From contig NC_007969.1 in the NCBI RefSeq assembly GCF_000013905.1, forward strand, positions 2,280,001 to 2,312,000: DNA of 32,000 nt. Reading direction: 5' to 3'. This document shows positions 1-9,529 of this stretch, piece after piece. This stretch comes from Psychrobacter cryohalolentis K5 (GTDB lineage: Bacteria > Pseudomonadota > Gammaproteobacteria > Pseudomonadales > Moraxellaceae). The notes below the pieces were generated by a model. That model did not search any database. It had not been told where the DNA came from and saw nothing but the letters and a program-made list of their open reading frames with translations. Both the position numbers and the translations under genes were made by a program. How positions within the stretch are numbered: the first letter of the stretch is position 1; each line of letters starts with the position of its first letter.

Positions 1-153
1 GTACGCGGCGTAAATGGACTAAGGGTCATCGATGCTTCAGTGATGCCAACCTTAATCAGTGCCAATACCAACGCACCGACGATTATGATTGCTGAAAAAA
101 TAGCAGACCTTATCAAGGCCAATCACGTGCATGCTGAGTCAGTCCCTGCTTAA
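1..153 (+). CDS. GMC-family FAD oxidoreductase, C-terminal fragment (5' end lies outside the window)
   Basis: Frame 1 reads [50 protein letters not shown] with stop TAA at 151-153. The G-LRV-DAS-MP...N-NAPT-MIAEK-AD block is the C-terminal signature region of GMC oxidoreductases (choline/alcohol dehydrogenase type). It is absent from the ORF track because it has no in-window start. Confidence 0.75.
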   Translation, partial: VRGVNGLRVIDASVMPTLISANTNAPTIMIAEKIADLIKANHVHAESVPA

Positions 154-174
154 CATAGTTTAAGATGATTAATC

Positions 175-203
175 GAGCCCAAAATCAAGTTTCATTTGGG
201 CTC
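175..203. terminator. Hairpin between convergent genes (GMC oxidoreductase + / NERD -)
   Basis: GAGCCCAAA (175-183) pairs perfectly with TTTGGGCTC (195-203) around an 11-nt loop. It lies between two convergent stop codons and overlaps the NERD stop codon. Confidence 0.55.
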
Positions 204-1218
204 AATTTGTATTGACTACTCCGCGACATTTTGGAAATTGGCTACAACCAAAAAAGGTCTGCCCAAGATGGGCGCCTTTTTTTGCAACGCGTTTGACCAT
301 CTCACTATTACATCTCGGGCAAGTTGGTGCTTGGATGAAATTAGCTATATTGTCTATCGCCACAAGTGTCGCAGGGTAATGCACTTGTGGCTCAGTCTCT
401 ATAACCTCAAAGGGTGTGAGAAAAACTTTATCAGTAATATCATGCGGCGAACTTATCTGCTGAGTACTCAAACTATCAATTGGTAAATCGCTAGACTCAA
501 TCTCAGTTTGACCAGACCATCGATGCACTGCTCTACTTTTCAGCCTGGCTCGTTTAGCGGTTTCTTTTACTATCGGCTCAGATGTAGACTTAGCAGTAGT
601 TGTAGCAACTGACTTACCATTAGAGTTATTGCTAGACGACTTGCTTGGATTGCTATGCTTATCCTTTAGATAAGCTTTGTGCTCTCTATTAGTGCGCCAC
701 GACTTACTAAATCTATTGCTGTTAATCTGCTCAACGATGGATGTGACCTCGTCTTCAGTAAGTATCTCATCCTGCTTTCTTTTAATATAAGACACCATCC
801 CACTCGTCAATACGTGCTCCGGCAACTCATCGCGAGTTTTTAGCTCACACTCTCCAATGAACGCAATCATCGAATGAAAGTAGCTCATCTCTAATGCTAA
901 TAAATCCGCCAGCGTTTTGATATGCAAATAATTCTGGCGTAATGGGTTTTGGAACTTATACTTGCGACCCATAATGACTTGCGTCCACTGTCTTTGCGCC
1001 TCATTACCAAATATCCAGCCTTTATAGTTTTTGGTTTCGATGACAAAGATGCCATATTTAGAGACAATGACATGGTCGATTTGGGTACTACCACCATTGG
1101 CTAATGGTAAAGTGATATTATTTAAACGGTGATAAAGGTCTTTTTCTAGCTTTAACCACATGGCAACATTAATGACTGTTTCGCCTAAGACACCTTTGAA
1201 GCTGGACATGAGGGACAT
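202..1218 (-). CDS. NERD (nuclease-related) domain protein with C-terminal topoisomerase-type C4 zinc finger
   Basis: The N-terminal part has the NERD pattern: GVLGE...Y..LNNITLP...GGSTQIDHVIVSKYGIFVIETKNYKGWIFG...W.Q....K..FQNPLRQNYLH. The C-terminus has CPRCNSEMV...FFGCSQFPKCRG, a zf-C4_Topoisom-like Cys4 motif. A Ser/Thr/Asn/Lys-rich low-complexity linker joins the two. I prefer the start at MSLMSS (ATG at 1218, with GGAAGA upstream) over the ORF-track start at 1293, whose extra 25 residues are Tyr/Phe/Lys-rich AT-driven sequence. Confidence 0.8.
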   Translation of the reverse strand: MSLMSSFKGVLGETVINVAMWLKLEKDLYHRLNNITLPLANGGSTQIDHVIVSKYGIFVIETKNYKGWIFGNEAQRQWTQVIMGRKYKFQNPLRQNYLHIKTLADLLALEMSYFHSMIAFIGECELKTRDELPEHVLTSGMVSYIKRKQDEILTEDEVTSIVEQINSNRFSKSWRTNREHKAYLKDKHSNPSKSSSNNSNGKSVATTTAKSTSEPIVKETAKRARLKSRAVHRWSGQTEIESSDLPIDSLSTQQISSPHDITDKVFLTPFEVIETEPQVHYPATLVAIDNIANFIQAPTCPRCNSEMVKRVAKKGAHLGQTFFGCSQFPKCRGVVNTN

Positions 1219-1359
1219 AATCGTCTTCCAATAAAAAAGATAAAAACACTTATAATTAAAATAGTATGCTGTCTTAAACCATTTACCTAACACGCCTCAA
1301 GTGCTTATAACTTTAATAGTACATTGAAATCGCTTAATTGTAGTAGGATATCGCCTTAC

Positions 1360-1392
1360 TATAGTCGATTGATTTTAAAAAGAATAGAGCAC
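1360..1392 (+). repeat. Partial copy of the left arm of the 20506-20670 palindromic element
   Basis: TATAGTCGATTGATTTTAAAAAGAATAGAGCAC matches TATAGTCGATTCAATTTAAAAAGAATACAGTAC (20517-20549) at 29 of 33 positions without gaps. Both lie in divergent intergenic regions. Confidence 0.55.
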
Positions 1393-1471
1393 GGATTAAT
1401 TACTATAGAACCACTTGAATTAAATTATTTTAACTACTGATATACCTCCTATTTCTCTTTGGATCAGACAT

Positions 1472-2074
1472 ATGACCACACCTGTCACCTCTTTGCTGAA
1501 AATCACACTCAGCAGCTGCCTACTATTATCATTACCAGTCATAGGATTGGCGGCGACCGTTCCGCAAAAATGGAAACTGGACGTCCCAAAGACCAATGTC
1601 GAGTTCGAGGTCAATTATTTGGGTAAAGCCATGACTGACGGCAGGTTCAATAAGGTCAATGGCGCCATCAATTATGACGTCAATAAACCTGCAAGCACGA
1701 CCATTAATTTTACCGTTTTTACCAATAGTATCGATACTGATCGCAGCTTGAGAGATTCATTTTTGCGCCGAAAGGAGCTTTTGAATACGAAACAATATCC
1801 GACGATGACTTTTGTTTCTAAAAAAGTCAGCATGATAAATACTAAAGAAGCCAATGTGACCGGTGACTTTACAGTGTTGGGTCAAACCAAACCTTTGACG
1901 GTGAGAGTAACGTTATCAGATGTAGAGAATGATCCTGTCACCTCTAGACCTACCTTAAAATTTCGCGCGACGGGCTTGGTAGATCGTTACAACTACGGGG
2001 TTACTGCTTTTCCAAAAGTGATTAGCAATATCATCCCGCTTGAGATATCAGGGAAACTGATTGCTGCTAATTAA
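1472..2074 (+). CDS. YceI-like periplasmic (polyisoprenoid-binding) protein
   Basis: It has a signal-peptide-like N-terminus (LLKITLSSCLLLSLPVIGLAA). It also has YceI-family blocks: W.LD...NVEF.V..LG...DGRF....G.I.YD...P......F.V...SIDT....RD..L......L....YP.MTF.S. and GDFT.LG.TKP.T. Confidence 0.85.
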   Translation: MTTPVTSLLKITLSSCLLLSLPVIGLAATVPQKWKLDVPKTNVEFEVNYLGKAMTDGRFNKVNGAINYDVNKPASTTINFTVFTNSIDTDRSLRDSFLRRKELLNTKQYPTMTFVSKKVSMINTKEANVTGDFTVLGQTKPLTVRVTLSDVENDPVTSRPTLKFRATGLVDRYNYGVTAFPKVISNIIPLEISGKLIAAN

Positions 2075-2097
2075 GCTCTGAAAGACTTAAAAGAACA

Positions 2098-2138
2098 TAA
2101 AAAAAAGAGTTGCTAGAAATCCTAGCAACTCTTTTTTG
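2098..2138. terminator. Bidirectional rho-independent terminator (yceI-like + / tkt -)
   Basis: An A-tract is followed by AGAGTTGCTAG (2106-2116), loop AAATC, CTAGCAACTCT (2122-2132) and a T-tract. The 11-bp stem is perfect, and the flanking A and T runs allow it to work on both strands. Confidence 0.8.
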
Positions 2139-2157
2139 TTTGAGCAGTTTTAAATAC

Positions 2158-4155
2158 TTACACCAAGCTATTCACCGCATCAACCACGGCTTCAGTGGTG
2201 ATACCAAACTCTTTATATAACTCATCAGCAGGCGCTGATTCACCATAAGTCGTCATGCCAATCACTTTACCGTCTAAACCAACGAACTTATACCAGTAAT
2301 CGACGTGTGCTGCTTCTACTGCGACGCGGGCGCGAGTATTGGCAGGCAATACCGCTTCACGGTAGCTAGTATCTTGCTCAACGAAGATTTCTGCACACGG
2401 CATAGAGACCACACGTACACCGACGCCATTTTCGCTCAAGGTCGCGTAAGCTTGCATAGCAAGACCGACTTCTGAGCCAGTTGCGATGATAATCGCTTGT
2501 AGCTCGCCTTGCTCTTTTGCAAGTACATAACCACCTTTGGTGATGTTTGCTACTTGCTCGCGGTCACGCGCTTGGTGTGGCAAGCTTTGACGACTGAAAA
2601 TCAAGGCAGATGGATTATTTTCTGATTTAATTGCCTCAACCCAAGCGCTTGCTGATTCAGTCGCATCACAAGGACGCCATGTACGTAGATTTGGCGTGGT
2701 ACGTAAGCTGGTCAATTGCTCAACTGGCTGATGCGTTGGACCATCTTCACCGAGACCGATTGAGTCATGAGTATAGACATGAATCACACGCTGCTTCATG
2801 AGCGCGCCCATACGTACCGCATTACGTGCGTATTCCATAAACATCAGGAACGTCGCAACATAAGGAACAAAGCCGCCATGTAACGCGATACCGTTAGCAA
2901 TGGCCGTCATACCGAATTCGCGCACACCATAATAGATATAGTTGCCCGCGTCATCGTCTTGGATGCCTTTGGCGTCTTTAAATAGCGTGAGGTTTGAGCC
3001 TGCTAAATCCGCTGAGCCACCAAGTAATTCTGGCAGTAATGGCTGTAAGGTATTGATGGCATTTTGGCTGGCCTTACGACTGGCAACATCACCGCCCTGC
3101 TCTTGAGTTTGCTGGATATACTCTTGCGCTTTTTGCTCAAAATCAGCTGGTAAGTCACCCTCTAAACGACGAAGCAACTCAGTTGCTAACTCTGGATAAG
3201 CCTTCTTATAAGCGTCAAAGTTCGCGTTCCAGTTTTTCTGTAAGACGTCGCCTTTCGCTTTACCATCCCACGCTTGATAGATTTCATCATCTAGCTCAAA
3301 CGGCGCATGCGTCCAAGATAATGCATCACGGGTTAAAACGATTTCATCATCGCCAAGTGGCGCGCCATGACTGGCTGCTAAGCCTTGTTTATTTGGGCTA
3401 CCAGCGCCAATAGTCGTTTTGCAAATGATTAAGCTTGGCTTAGTCGTTTCTTTAATCGCTTGCTCAGTTGCTTGCGTAATCTCATCAGTATCATGACCAT
3501 CGACCTTGATAACTTGCCAGCCATAAGACTCAAAGCGCGCTTGCGTATCATCAGTGAACCAACCTTCGACATTACCATCGATAGAGATGCCATTGTCATC
3601 ATAGAAAAATACCAATTTGCCAAGCTCTAACGTGCCAGCCAATGAGCAGACTTCATGGCTAATACCTTCCATCAAGCAGCCATCGCCTAAAAACGCATAA
3701 GTATGATGATCGACAATATTATGACCATCACGATTAAATTGCGCTGCCAACGTTTTTTCTGCAATTGCAAAACCAACCGCATTGGCAATACCCTGTCCTA
3801 ATGGACCAGTGGTGGTTTCAACACCTGGCGTATAGCCAAGCTCTGGATGACCCGGCGTTTTCGAATGTAATTGACGGAAACCTTTTAGGTCATCAACGCT
3901 AACGTCATAGCCTGATAAATGTAGCAATGAATAGATAAGCATCGACCCATGACCGTTTGATAAGACAAAACGATCACGGTTGTGCCAGCTTGGGTCAGCA
4001 GGATTATGCTTTAAAAACTTGCGCCACAAAACTTCGGCAATATCAGCCATGCCCATTGGTGCACCCGGGTGCCCAGAATTGGCTTTTTGAACCGCGTCAA
4101 ACGACAGTACGCGGATGGCATTGGCTAATTTACGTTCGCTAATTGGAGCTGGCAT
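2158..4155 (-). CDS. tkt: Transketolase
   Basis: 665 aa. The N-terminus is [35 protein letters not shown]. The TPP-binging motif [12 protein letters not shown] is present, along with the [16 protein letters not shown] block. Confidence 0.97.
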   Translation of the reverse strand: MPAPISERKLANAIRVLSFDAVQKANSGHPGAPMGMADIAEVLWRKFLKHNPADPSWHNRDRFVLSNGHGSMLIYSLLHLSGYDVSVDDLKGFRQLHSKTPGHPELGYTPGVETTTGPLGQGIANAVGFAIAEKTLAAQFNRDGHNIVDHHTYAFLGDGCLMEGISHEVCSLAGTLELGKLVFFYDDNGISIDGNVEGWFTDDTQARFESYGWQVIKVDGHDTDEITQATEQAIKETTKPSLIICKTTIGAGSPNKQGLAASHGAPLGDDEIVLTRDALSWTHAPFELDDEIYQAWDGKAKGDVLQKNWNANFDAYKKAYPELATELLRRLEGDLPADFEQKAQEYIQQTQEQGGDVASRKASQNAINTLQPLLPELLGGSADLAGSNLTLFKDAKGIQDDDAGNYIYYGVREFGMTAIANGIALHGGFVPYVATFLMFMEYARNAVRMGALMKQRVIHVYTHDSIGLGEDGPTHQPVEQLTSLRTTPNLRTWRPCDATESASAWVEAIKSENNPSALIFSRQSLPHQARDREQVANITKGGYVLAKEQGELQAIIIATGSEVGLAMQAYATLSENGVGVRVVSMPCAEIFVEQDTSYREAVLPANTRARVAVEAAHVDYWYKFVGLDGKVIGMTTYGESAPADELYKEFGITTEAVVDAVNSLV

Positions 4156-4467
4156 AGAGTGTCCTAATATTCGGATAGAAGTATGGAGGATAAGAGGAGA
4201 GTTTACTCAGAGGGTCATAAAATAAGGACGCAATAGGCGCCCTTAACGAATAATCTGTAAATACAGGGGTAATATTAACATATTTGCACTCTATCTAGCG
4301 CAAAAATGCGCTAACAGAACCGTTCGTATTTAATAATAATTTGTATCAGTTTTATCAATTTGACCAATACTTACTGCAATAAAACACAATCGGCGAGCCT
4401 GAATACCAACTCACTAATTGCATCAATCATCAAATAACTATATGTCAAAAACCCGCATATCAAAAAA

Positions 4468-5754
4468 CTATAATAAAATGATGTCAGCACCACCCATAAA
4501 CGGACGCAATACTTCTGGAATCGTAATACTACCATCAGCGTTTTGATGGTTTTCCATCACTGCCAATAATGTACGACCTACTGCTAAACCCGAACCGTTT
4601 AAGGTATGAGCTAAACTGGTTTGTTTGCCGTCCTTAACACGTGTACCCATACGGCGTGCTTGGAAATCGCCGCAGTTTGAGCAGCTTGAGATTTCACGAT
4701 AGGTCTCTTGGCTTGGTAACCAGACTTCGATATCATAAGTTTTTTGGGCGGCAAAACCCATATCGCCGGTGCACAATTTGACGGTGCGGTATGGCAAATT
4801 AAGCTGCTGTAAAATAAATTCTGCTTGTCCAGTCATCGCTTCAAGCAACTCATCTGACTGCTCAGCTGTGGCAATATTAACCATCTCAACTTTTTCAAAC
4901 TGATGCTGACGAATCAGACCACGGGTATCACGACCATGCGAGCCAGCTTCACTACGGAAACACGGCGTATGCGCGGTAAATTTCAACGGTAGCTCTTTGA
5001 TATCTAAGCGCTCGCCGCGTACCAAGTTGGTCATTGGCACTTCAGCGGTTGGAATGAGATAAAAATCCATGTCATCATTATTGGTATGATTGGTCAATTT
5101 AAACAAATCATCTTCAAACTTAGGCAGCTGACCTGTACCTTTTAAACTTTCAGAATTAACAATATACGGTACATAAGTTTCAGTATAGCCATACTTGATC
5201 GTATGGGTATTGAGCATAAACTGAATCAACGCACGATGCATCTGCGCCAATTGTCCTTTTAAGACGTTAAAGCGACTTCCTGTAAGCTTGGTTGCTGCTT
5301 CAAAATCGAGCATACCAAGTGTCTCACCAATATGCGTATGATCTTTAATCTCAAAATCAAACTCACGCGGTGTGCCCCATTTGCGTACTTCGACGTTATC
5401 GTCTTCTGATGTACCAACTGGCACATCTGCTGCTGGGATATTTGGAATTTGCATTGCTGCTTGGCTAATGCGCTCTTGTAAGGTACGTAGCTCGTCTTCG
5501 GCTGTCTTAATCTCACCACTGACACTTTGCATCTCAGCAAGCAACTCACTAGCATCTTCGCCAGATTTTTTAAGCACGCCAACTTGTTTTGCGCCTGTAT
5601 TACGGCGCGACTGCAACTCTTCGGTCTTTACTTGTAGCGATTTACGTTCGTTCTCAATATTTTGCCAGAACGCTATATCAAGCGTATAACCACGGGTGGC
5701 CAATTGCTGCTGTAAATCTGTCAAATCGCCGCGTAAGAGTTTTGGGTCTATCAT
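4468..5754 (-). CDS. serS: Seryl-tRNA synthetase
   Basis: 428 aa. It starts MIDPKLLR, followed by a coiled-coil N-terminal arm. Class II motifs are present ([25 protein letters not shown]; [20 protein letters not shown]). Confidence 0.97.
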   Translation of the reverse strand: MIDPKLLRGDLTDLQQQLATRGYTLDIAFWQNIENERKSLQVKTEELQSRRNTGAKQVGVLKKSGEDASELLAEMQSVSGEIKTAEDELRTLQERISQAAMQIPNIPAADVPVGTSEDDNVEVRKWGTPREFDFEIKDHTHIGETLGMLDFEAATKLTGSRFNVLKGQLAQMHRALIQFMLNTHTIKYGYTETYVPYIVNSESLKGTGQLPKFEDDLFKLTNHTNNDDMDFYLIPTAEVPMTNLVRGERLDIKELPLKFTAHTPCFRSEAGSHGRDTRGLIRQHQFEKVEMVNIATAEQSDELLEAMTGQAEFILQQLNLPYRTVKLCTGDMGFAAQKTYDIEVWLPSQETYREISSCSNCGDFQARRMGTRVKDGKQTSLAHTLNGSGLAVGRTLLAVMENHQNADGSITIPEVLRPFMGGADIILL

Positions 5755-6204
5755 AATAGGTGCCTGTCGCGCTAAAAGTGGATAAAAGGTGTGAAAATAA
5801 TGAAAATCTGGGCTCTATAGCCTGATTTTGCTTAAAATTAGGTGGTAGCCGCTATAATACCAAGCTGCGGCTGTTTTGACCATGTTTTGGCCGTTTTTTA
5901 CCCATCTCTTGACTGAGTTTTGAGTTTCTATTCTCTTAATTTTTAAATAGGAAATAGTTATTCATATTAACGTGCTAATAATATAATGTAAGGTCGCAAG
6001 CTCTCTATAAATGTGACTTACCTTTACTAATGGCTTAAATATGGTGTCTATTAGCGAACAGAGTGGCTTATATGTTTCATTTAAGGGCGATTTTCGGTAA
6101 GATAAGCGCATATCTTTATTCTATTTCCAGCCAAATATTACCTTGTTATCGACGTTTGGCGCTTTTAATTTAACGTTTTCACTATAAGTCTTTGAGAAAC
6201 CTTT

Positions 6205-6867
6205 ATGGCTCTGTACCCCTACACGCTGCAACCTGTTGCCTTAAACCTAACCGAGGCAGAATTCCATCAAGCACAGTATGAGCTATTTTCTAGTGCCAGC
6301 CCGTCATTTGGTCTGTCGAGTATCAAACTGAAAGAATGGATTATCATGGCCGTCGCTGTGGTTTTAGCCGTTGCTGGACTGGTTTTTTTGACAGGTTATT
6401 CGACCATTATTTTTTGGCTGATGCTAGCAGCCGTTGTTATTTACCTACTGGTTCGTACGCTTGGTTTTAAATGGTATGTGAAAAGAGAGTTTGAAAAGCA
6501 AGTCGCTGAGCAAGAAATGCCTGACGAGATGCGCCAAATGAAACTAGGTGTACAGAAGCATGGTCTGGTAATGGCAGTGCCGGTCAATCAGTCAGATATG
6601 TTTAGTAGCAATCAGATGCGCGGTATGCAGATGCGTGCAGGCAGCACCCAACAAGCGGTGATTCCTTGGAGCGCTGTGAAGAGCTGGGATGAGACCGACG
6701 ACTATATCTTTATGATGTTTGAGATGAAAGGTCAGCAAGGCAGTCAGATTATTCCTAAACGCTTGCAAGCTCAAAAATTCCCTATCGATACAGTACGCCA
6801 GCATTTATTAGAAGTAGTAGCAGTGAAAGGTCTGAACTCTGAAAGCTTACAGATACCTGCTAAATAG
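6205..6867 (+). CDS. YcxB-like membrane protein (function unknown)
   Basis: 220 aa. Two adjacent hydrophobic helices (IIMAVAVVLAVAGLVFL and IIFWLMLAAVVIYLLV) are followed by a C-terminal segment ending ...VIPWSAVKSWDETDDYIFMMFEMKGQQGSQIIPKR, typical of the YcxB family. The start codon is uncertain. Confidence 0.6.
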   Translation: MALYPYTLQPVALNLTEAEFHQAQYELFSSASPSFGLSSIKLKEWIIMAVAVVLAVAGLVFLTGYSTIIFWLMLAAVVIYLLVRTLGFKWYVKREFEKQVAEQEMPDEMRQMKLGVQKHGLVMAVPVNQSDMFSSNQMRGMQMRAGSTQQAVIPWSAVKSWDETDDYIFMMFEMKGQQGSQIIPKRLQAQKFPIDTVRQHLLEVVAVKGLNSESLQIPAK

Positions 6868-6939
6868 GCTTATTGCTTTCTGTTAGACCAAGGATTTAGT
6901 TGTTTTATAAAATATATTACAAATTTTAATTTGATTAAT

Positions 6940-6968
6940 TTAACTTATTTTTGCATGCTTGCTACAAT
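6940..6968 (+). promoter_or_regulatory. Candidate sigma70 promoter for dps (extended -10)
   Basis: TTAACT (6940-6945), a 17-bp spacer, then TACAAT (6963-6968) with TG at 6960-6961 giving TGnTACAAT. It sits about 140 nt upstream of the dps ATG. This is sequence pattern only. Confidence 0.35.
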
Positions 6969-7108
6969 AGTAATCATCAAAGGTTGAGTAACGCGTAGTA
7001 AGCGGTTATTTAGGCTTTAGTTCAATAATCGCTCGCTATAAATTGCTTAAGTTTAAAGGTTTAATAACTTGATGTTTGAACCCTACACTCAATGAAAAGG
7101 ATAATATA

Positions 7109-7594
7109 ATGAGTAACAATAATAACGACACTAACCAGATCGGTCTAGAAAAAGCAGATATGAGCGAAGTCATCAGCAAGTTAAATGGTCTGCTATCTAG
7201 TTATCATATGTTTTATATCAATGTTCGTGGTTATCATTGGAACGTCAAAGGTGAGCATTTCTTCACTTTACATCCAAAGTTTGAAGAGCTATATACCGCG
7301 CTGCAAATCCAAATCGATGAAATCGCTGAACGTATTTTGACCCTAGGCGGCACACCGTTACATGCTTATAGCGATTTTGCTCAGCATACCAGCATTCAAG
7401 AAGATAAGAACGTTAAAGACGGCACTACTTGTGTTAAAGGCGTTGTGACAGGTTTACAAGAGCTAATTGAAGAACAACGTCAAGTATCGACTCTAGCAGC
7501 AGAAGCAGAAGATCAGGGTTCAGCCGATCTTGTTGATGCTTATGTACAAGAGCAAGAAAAATTAATATGGATGTATAATGCTTTTTTGGGCTAA
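7109..7594 (+). CDS. dps: Dps-family DNA-binding ferritin-like protein
   Basis: Dps blocks are present: LN.LL......Y.N.RGYHWNVKG..FF.LH.KFEE.Y......IDEIAERI..LGG.P. I prefer the ATG at 7109, preceded by AAGGAT, over the TTG at 7076 used in the ORF track. Confidence 0.9.
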   Translation: MSNNNNDTNQIGLEKADMSEVISKLNGLLSSYHMFYINVRGYHWNVKGEHFFTLHPKFEELYTALQIQIDEIAERILTLGGTPLHAYSDFAQHTSIQEDKNVKDGTTCVKGVVTGLQELIEEQRQVSTLAAEAEDQGSADLVDAYVQEQEKLIWMYNAFLG

Positions 7595-7623
7595 AAGCTG
7601 AATAGTCACAAAATCTAAGATAT

Positions 7624-7654
7624 AAAAAAAGCACCTAATATAGGTGCTTTTTTT
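7624..7654. terminator. Bidirectional rho-independent terminator (dps + / DUF2057 -)
   Basis: AAAAAAAGCACCTA and TAGGTGCTTTTTTT form a stem AGCACCTA/TAGGTGCT (7630-7637 / 7641-7648). An A-run and a T-run flank it. Confidence 0.75.
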
Positions 7655-7687
7655 ATGTGCAATCTTTTTACTTTTTTATCTCAAAGC

Positions 7688-8389
7688 TTACTTTTGCATC
7701 CATTGACGCATTTTTTCACGCTCAGCAGGTGTGGCTTGTAGCCAAATTTGCATAAACTGATCAAGTGAACTGGTAGATGCGTTGACACTTGTCGTTTGCG
7801 TCACAGTAGCACCTGTAGTTACTGACTTGTTAGTACTCACGGATGGCTGATCGAGTGCAGCTATCGCACGTTGGTTTTGTAGCTCAGCATCACCGCTACC
7901 ACCGAATACGCCACCTAATGCTTTACCAAGACCTGAGAATAAGCTATTGCTATTGCCACCGACACTTTCTTGACTGGCAATGATGGTGTTATTACTTTGT
8001 ATCGCAAGCGTTGGACGCTCAGCATACTTCTTGGCAGCTGCATAGTCTTCTGGCTGATTTGGCATGGTTAAGCGGTAGGTCTGATTGTCTGCCAATTCAG
8101 CGGCCACACTGACGTTACCTGAACGCAAATAATCATGCTCATCACGGCGCAGATCATAAAGACGATCATATTTAGCGGTAATCACATGCTTACCTGGCTG
8201 CAAGGTAAATGACTTGGTCAATGGCTGAAGAAGACTCTGTGTCAGCTCTTGACCATTAATTGCCGTCACTTTGATATGATCATCGACCACTAAAGTAACT
8301 GCCGCTTGAGACAGCATAGACACAGAAGCTGCCCCAACAAACACAGCGCTGATAGACAGTTTTTTTAGCAAAGACGCATTTGATTTCAT
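7688..8389 (-). CDS. DUF2057 / YccT-like (UPF0319) secreted protein
   Basis: The signal peptide is MKSNASLLKKLSISAVFVGAASVSMLSQAA. The body (L.V.D..KV.AINGQ... KHVITAKYD) and the C-terminal tail (DQFMQIWLQATPAEREKMRQWMQK) resemble the E. coli YccT architecture. The start is placed at ATG 8389. The ORF-track start at 8500 would overlap the hda 3' end. Confidence 0.7.
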   Translation of the reverse strand: MKSNASLLKKLSISAVFVGAASVSMLSQAAVTLVVDDHIKVTAINGQELTQSLLQPLTKSFTLQPGKHVITAKYDRLYDLRRDEHDYLRSGNVSVAAELADNQTYRLTMPNQPEDYAAAKKYAERPTLAIQSNNTIIASQESVGGNSNSLFSGLGKALGGVFGGSGDAELQNQRAIAALDQPSVSTNKSVTTGATVTQTTSVNASTSSLDQFMQIWLQATPAEREKMRQWMQK

Positions 8390-8444
8390 AATTTTTCCAA
8401 TAGTAGTAAAAAGCATTTCGGATAGAAAGTTTGTGTTCTGACTG

Positions 8445-9257
8445 CTAAAAATCAAGTGGCATCGTATGCTGAGTATGATGGTCTTGATCAGCGGCATCAT
8501 TGTCTACTTGCGATTCCTGTGCGATATCAGCAAGTTCAGCAGCAAGCGTCTGCTCATCAATCGTACGCAGCGCGTCAGCAATGACCGCTTTTGATATATT
8601 ACTACGACCCAAGTTGGAGAACATGGGTTGAATGTAATTGAGCACCTCCATCATTGCGCCAATACGATGCGGTCCTTCAGTGAGCAGATAATTGGTAATA
8701 CGTTCATCAAACTGCCAACCACGTCTGCGTAATATTGACTGTAATAATGCTTCGCGGTCTGCAAAATCATGTCCTGTCGGTACTTTAAATGAGGGCGCTT
8801 GTGCCAAACGGGTGAGCAAATCTCTCAATTGAAACGGCAGCTCGGATGCAGGCTTATTAGCGGCAAATAAAAGTTGGCGCTGCCCTTCGCGGCTACGATT
8901 GATCAGATGAAATAAAGCTTCTTGCCATTGGCTGTTTTGTTCAATGACTTCCAAATCATCGATCGCAATCAAAGAGAAATTTTCTAGCGATGATAATACA
9001 TTGACATCGGTATGAATCAGCTCGTTTAACGACAGACAAATCGCTGACTTGTCCATCTCAATAAACGACTCACAAATAGCGGATAATAAGTGCGATTTGC
9101 CAGTAGCAGGACTGCCAAATAGGTACAGCTGACCTATCAGGCCGACATGGAGCTGCCGTACTGCATCGATAATAGACATCCAACCCGGACCGGCGAAGTC
9201 GCTGAGACTTGCATCATGCTTTATGTCCAGATTGAGACTTAGCTGTGCTTCTGCCAT
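8445..9257 (-). CDS. hda: DnaA regulatory inactivator Hda (DnaA-related AAA+ protein)
   Basis: A QLSL motif near the N-terminus looks like a clamp-binding motif. Walker A is GSPATGKSHLL, and box VII-like IAIDDLE is present. Its position next to the AI-2E permease and purMN matches other gammaproteobacteria. The acidic/His-rich C-terminal tail is longer than in E. coli Hda. Confidence 0.85.
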   Translation of the reverse strand: MAEAQLSLNLDIKHDASLSDFAGPGWMSIIDAVRQLHVGLIGQLYLFGSPATGKSHLLSAICESFIEMDKSAICLSLNELIHTDVNVLSSLENFSLIAIDDLEVIEQNSQWQEALFHLINRSREGQRQLLFAANKPASELPFQLRDLLTRLAQAPSFKVPTGHDFADREALLQSILRRRGWQFDERITNYLLTEGPHRIGAMMEVLNYIQPMFSNLGRSNISKAVIADALRTIDEQTLAAELADIAQESQVDNDAADQDHHTQHTMPLDF

Positions 9258-9529
9258 GAATCATCAACTCGGTTTGCGTAGCACAATCAATAAAAAGGCT
9301 AAACGACTAATATACTTATAAACTGACTTTGGTAAAATTCATTTTAGCCAAAGCCAACCTAGTAAAGGTCAATACCGTTACTACTGCGCCTATATATAAC
9401 ATATTTGCAAAATGACTGACAAGTCTTTTACTCATAACACCCAATCAATCCTATTTTATCACGCAGGCAAACGACTATGATATGTCCTGTAACCTGAAGG
9501 ACTTCATAGCAGTTATACATACAACAACA

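Noticed and set aside
196-486. Antisense or nested ORFs in the track that overlap strong genes. Examples are 196-486, 897-1097, 1420-1614, 1672-1854, 3183-3413, 3429-3623, 3957-4142, 5259-5582, 5372-5689, 6592-6804, 7434-7634, 9547-9843, 9576-9812, 11689-12018, 12137-12319, 12509-12772, 13288-13611, 13791-14018, 13820-14008, 14934-15143, 17383-17601, 17802-17996, 19136-19321, 20937-21170, 21618-21884, 22891-23145, 22970-23278, 23016-23324, 24051-24266, 25354-25608, 27735-27950, 28062-28274, 29230-29427, 30826-31035, 30830-31018 and 31127-31459.
   Set aside because: Each lies wholly or largely inside, or antisense to, a gene with unmistakable family motifs. Their translations are low-complexity or Ser/Arg/Leu/Cys-rich shadow-frame products with no motifs and no SD.
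5847-5872. Hairpin AGCCGC...GCGGCT followed by GTTTTG, with a perfect TATAAT (5853-5858), in the serS / ycxB-like divergent region, as a possible sRNA or terminator
   Set aside because: The stem is only 6 bp with a 14-nt loop, and the T-run is short. The TATAAT lies within the loop with only a poor -35 at 19-bp spacing, and there is no upstream gene to terminate. The evidence is insufficient.
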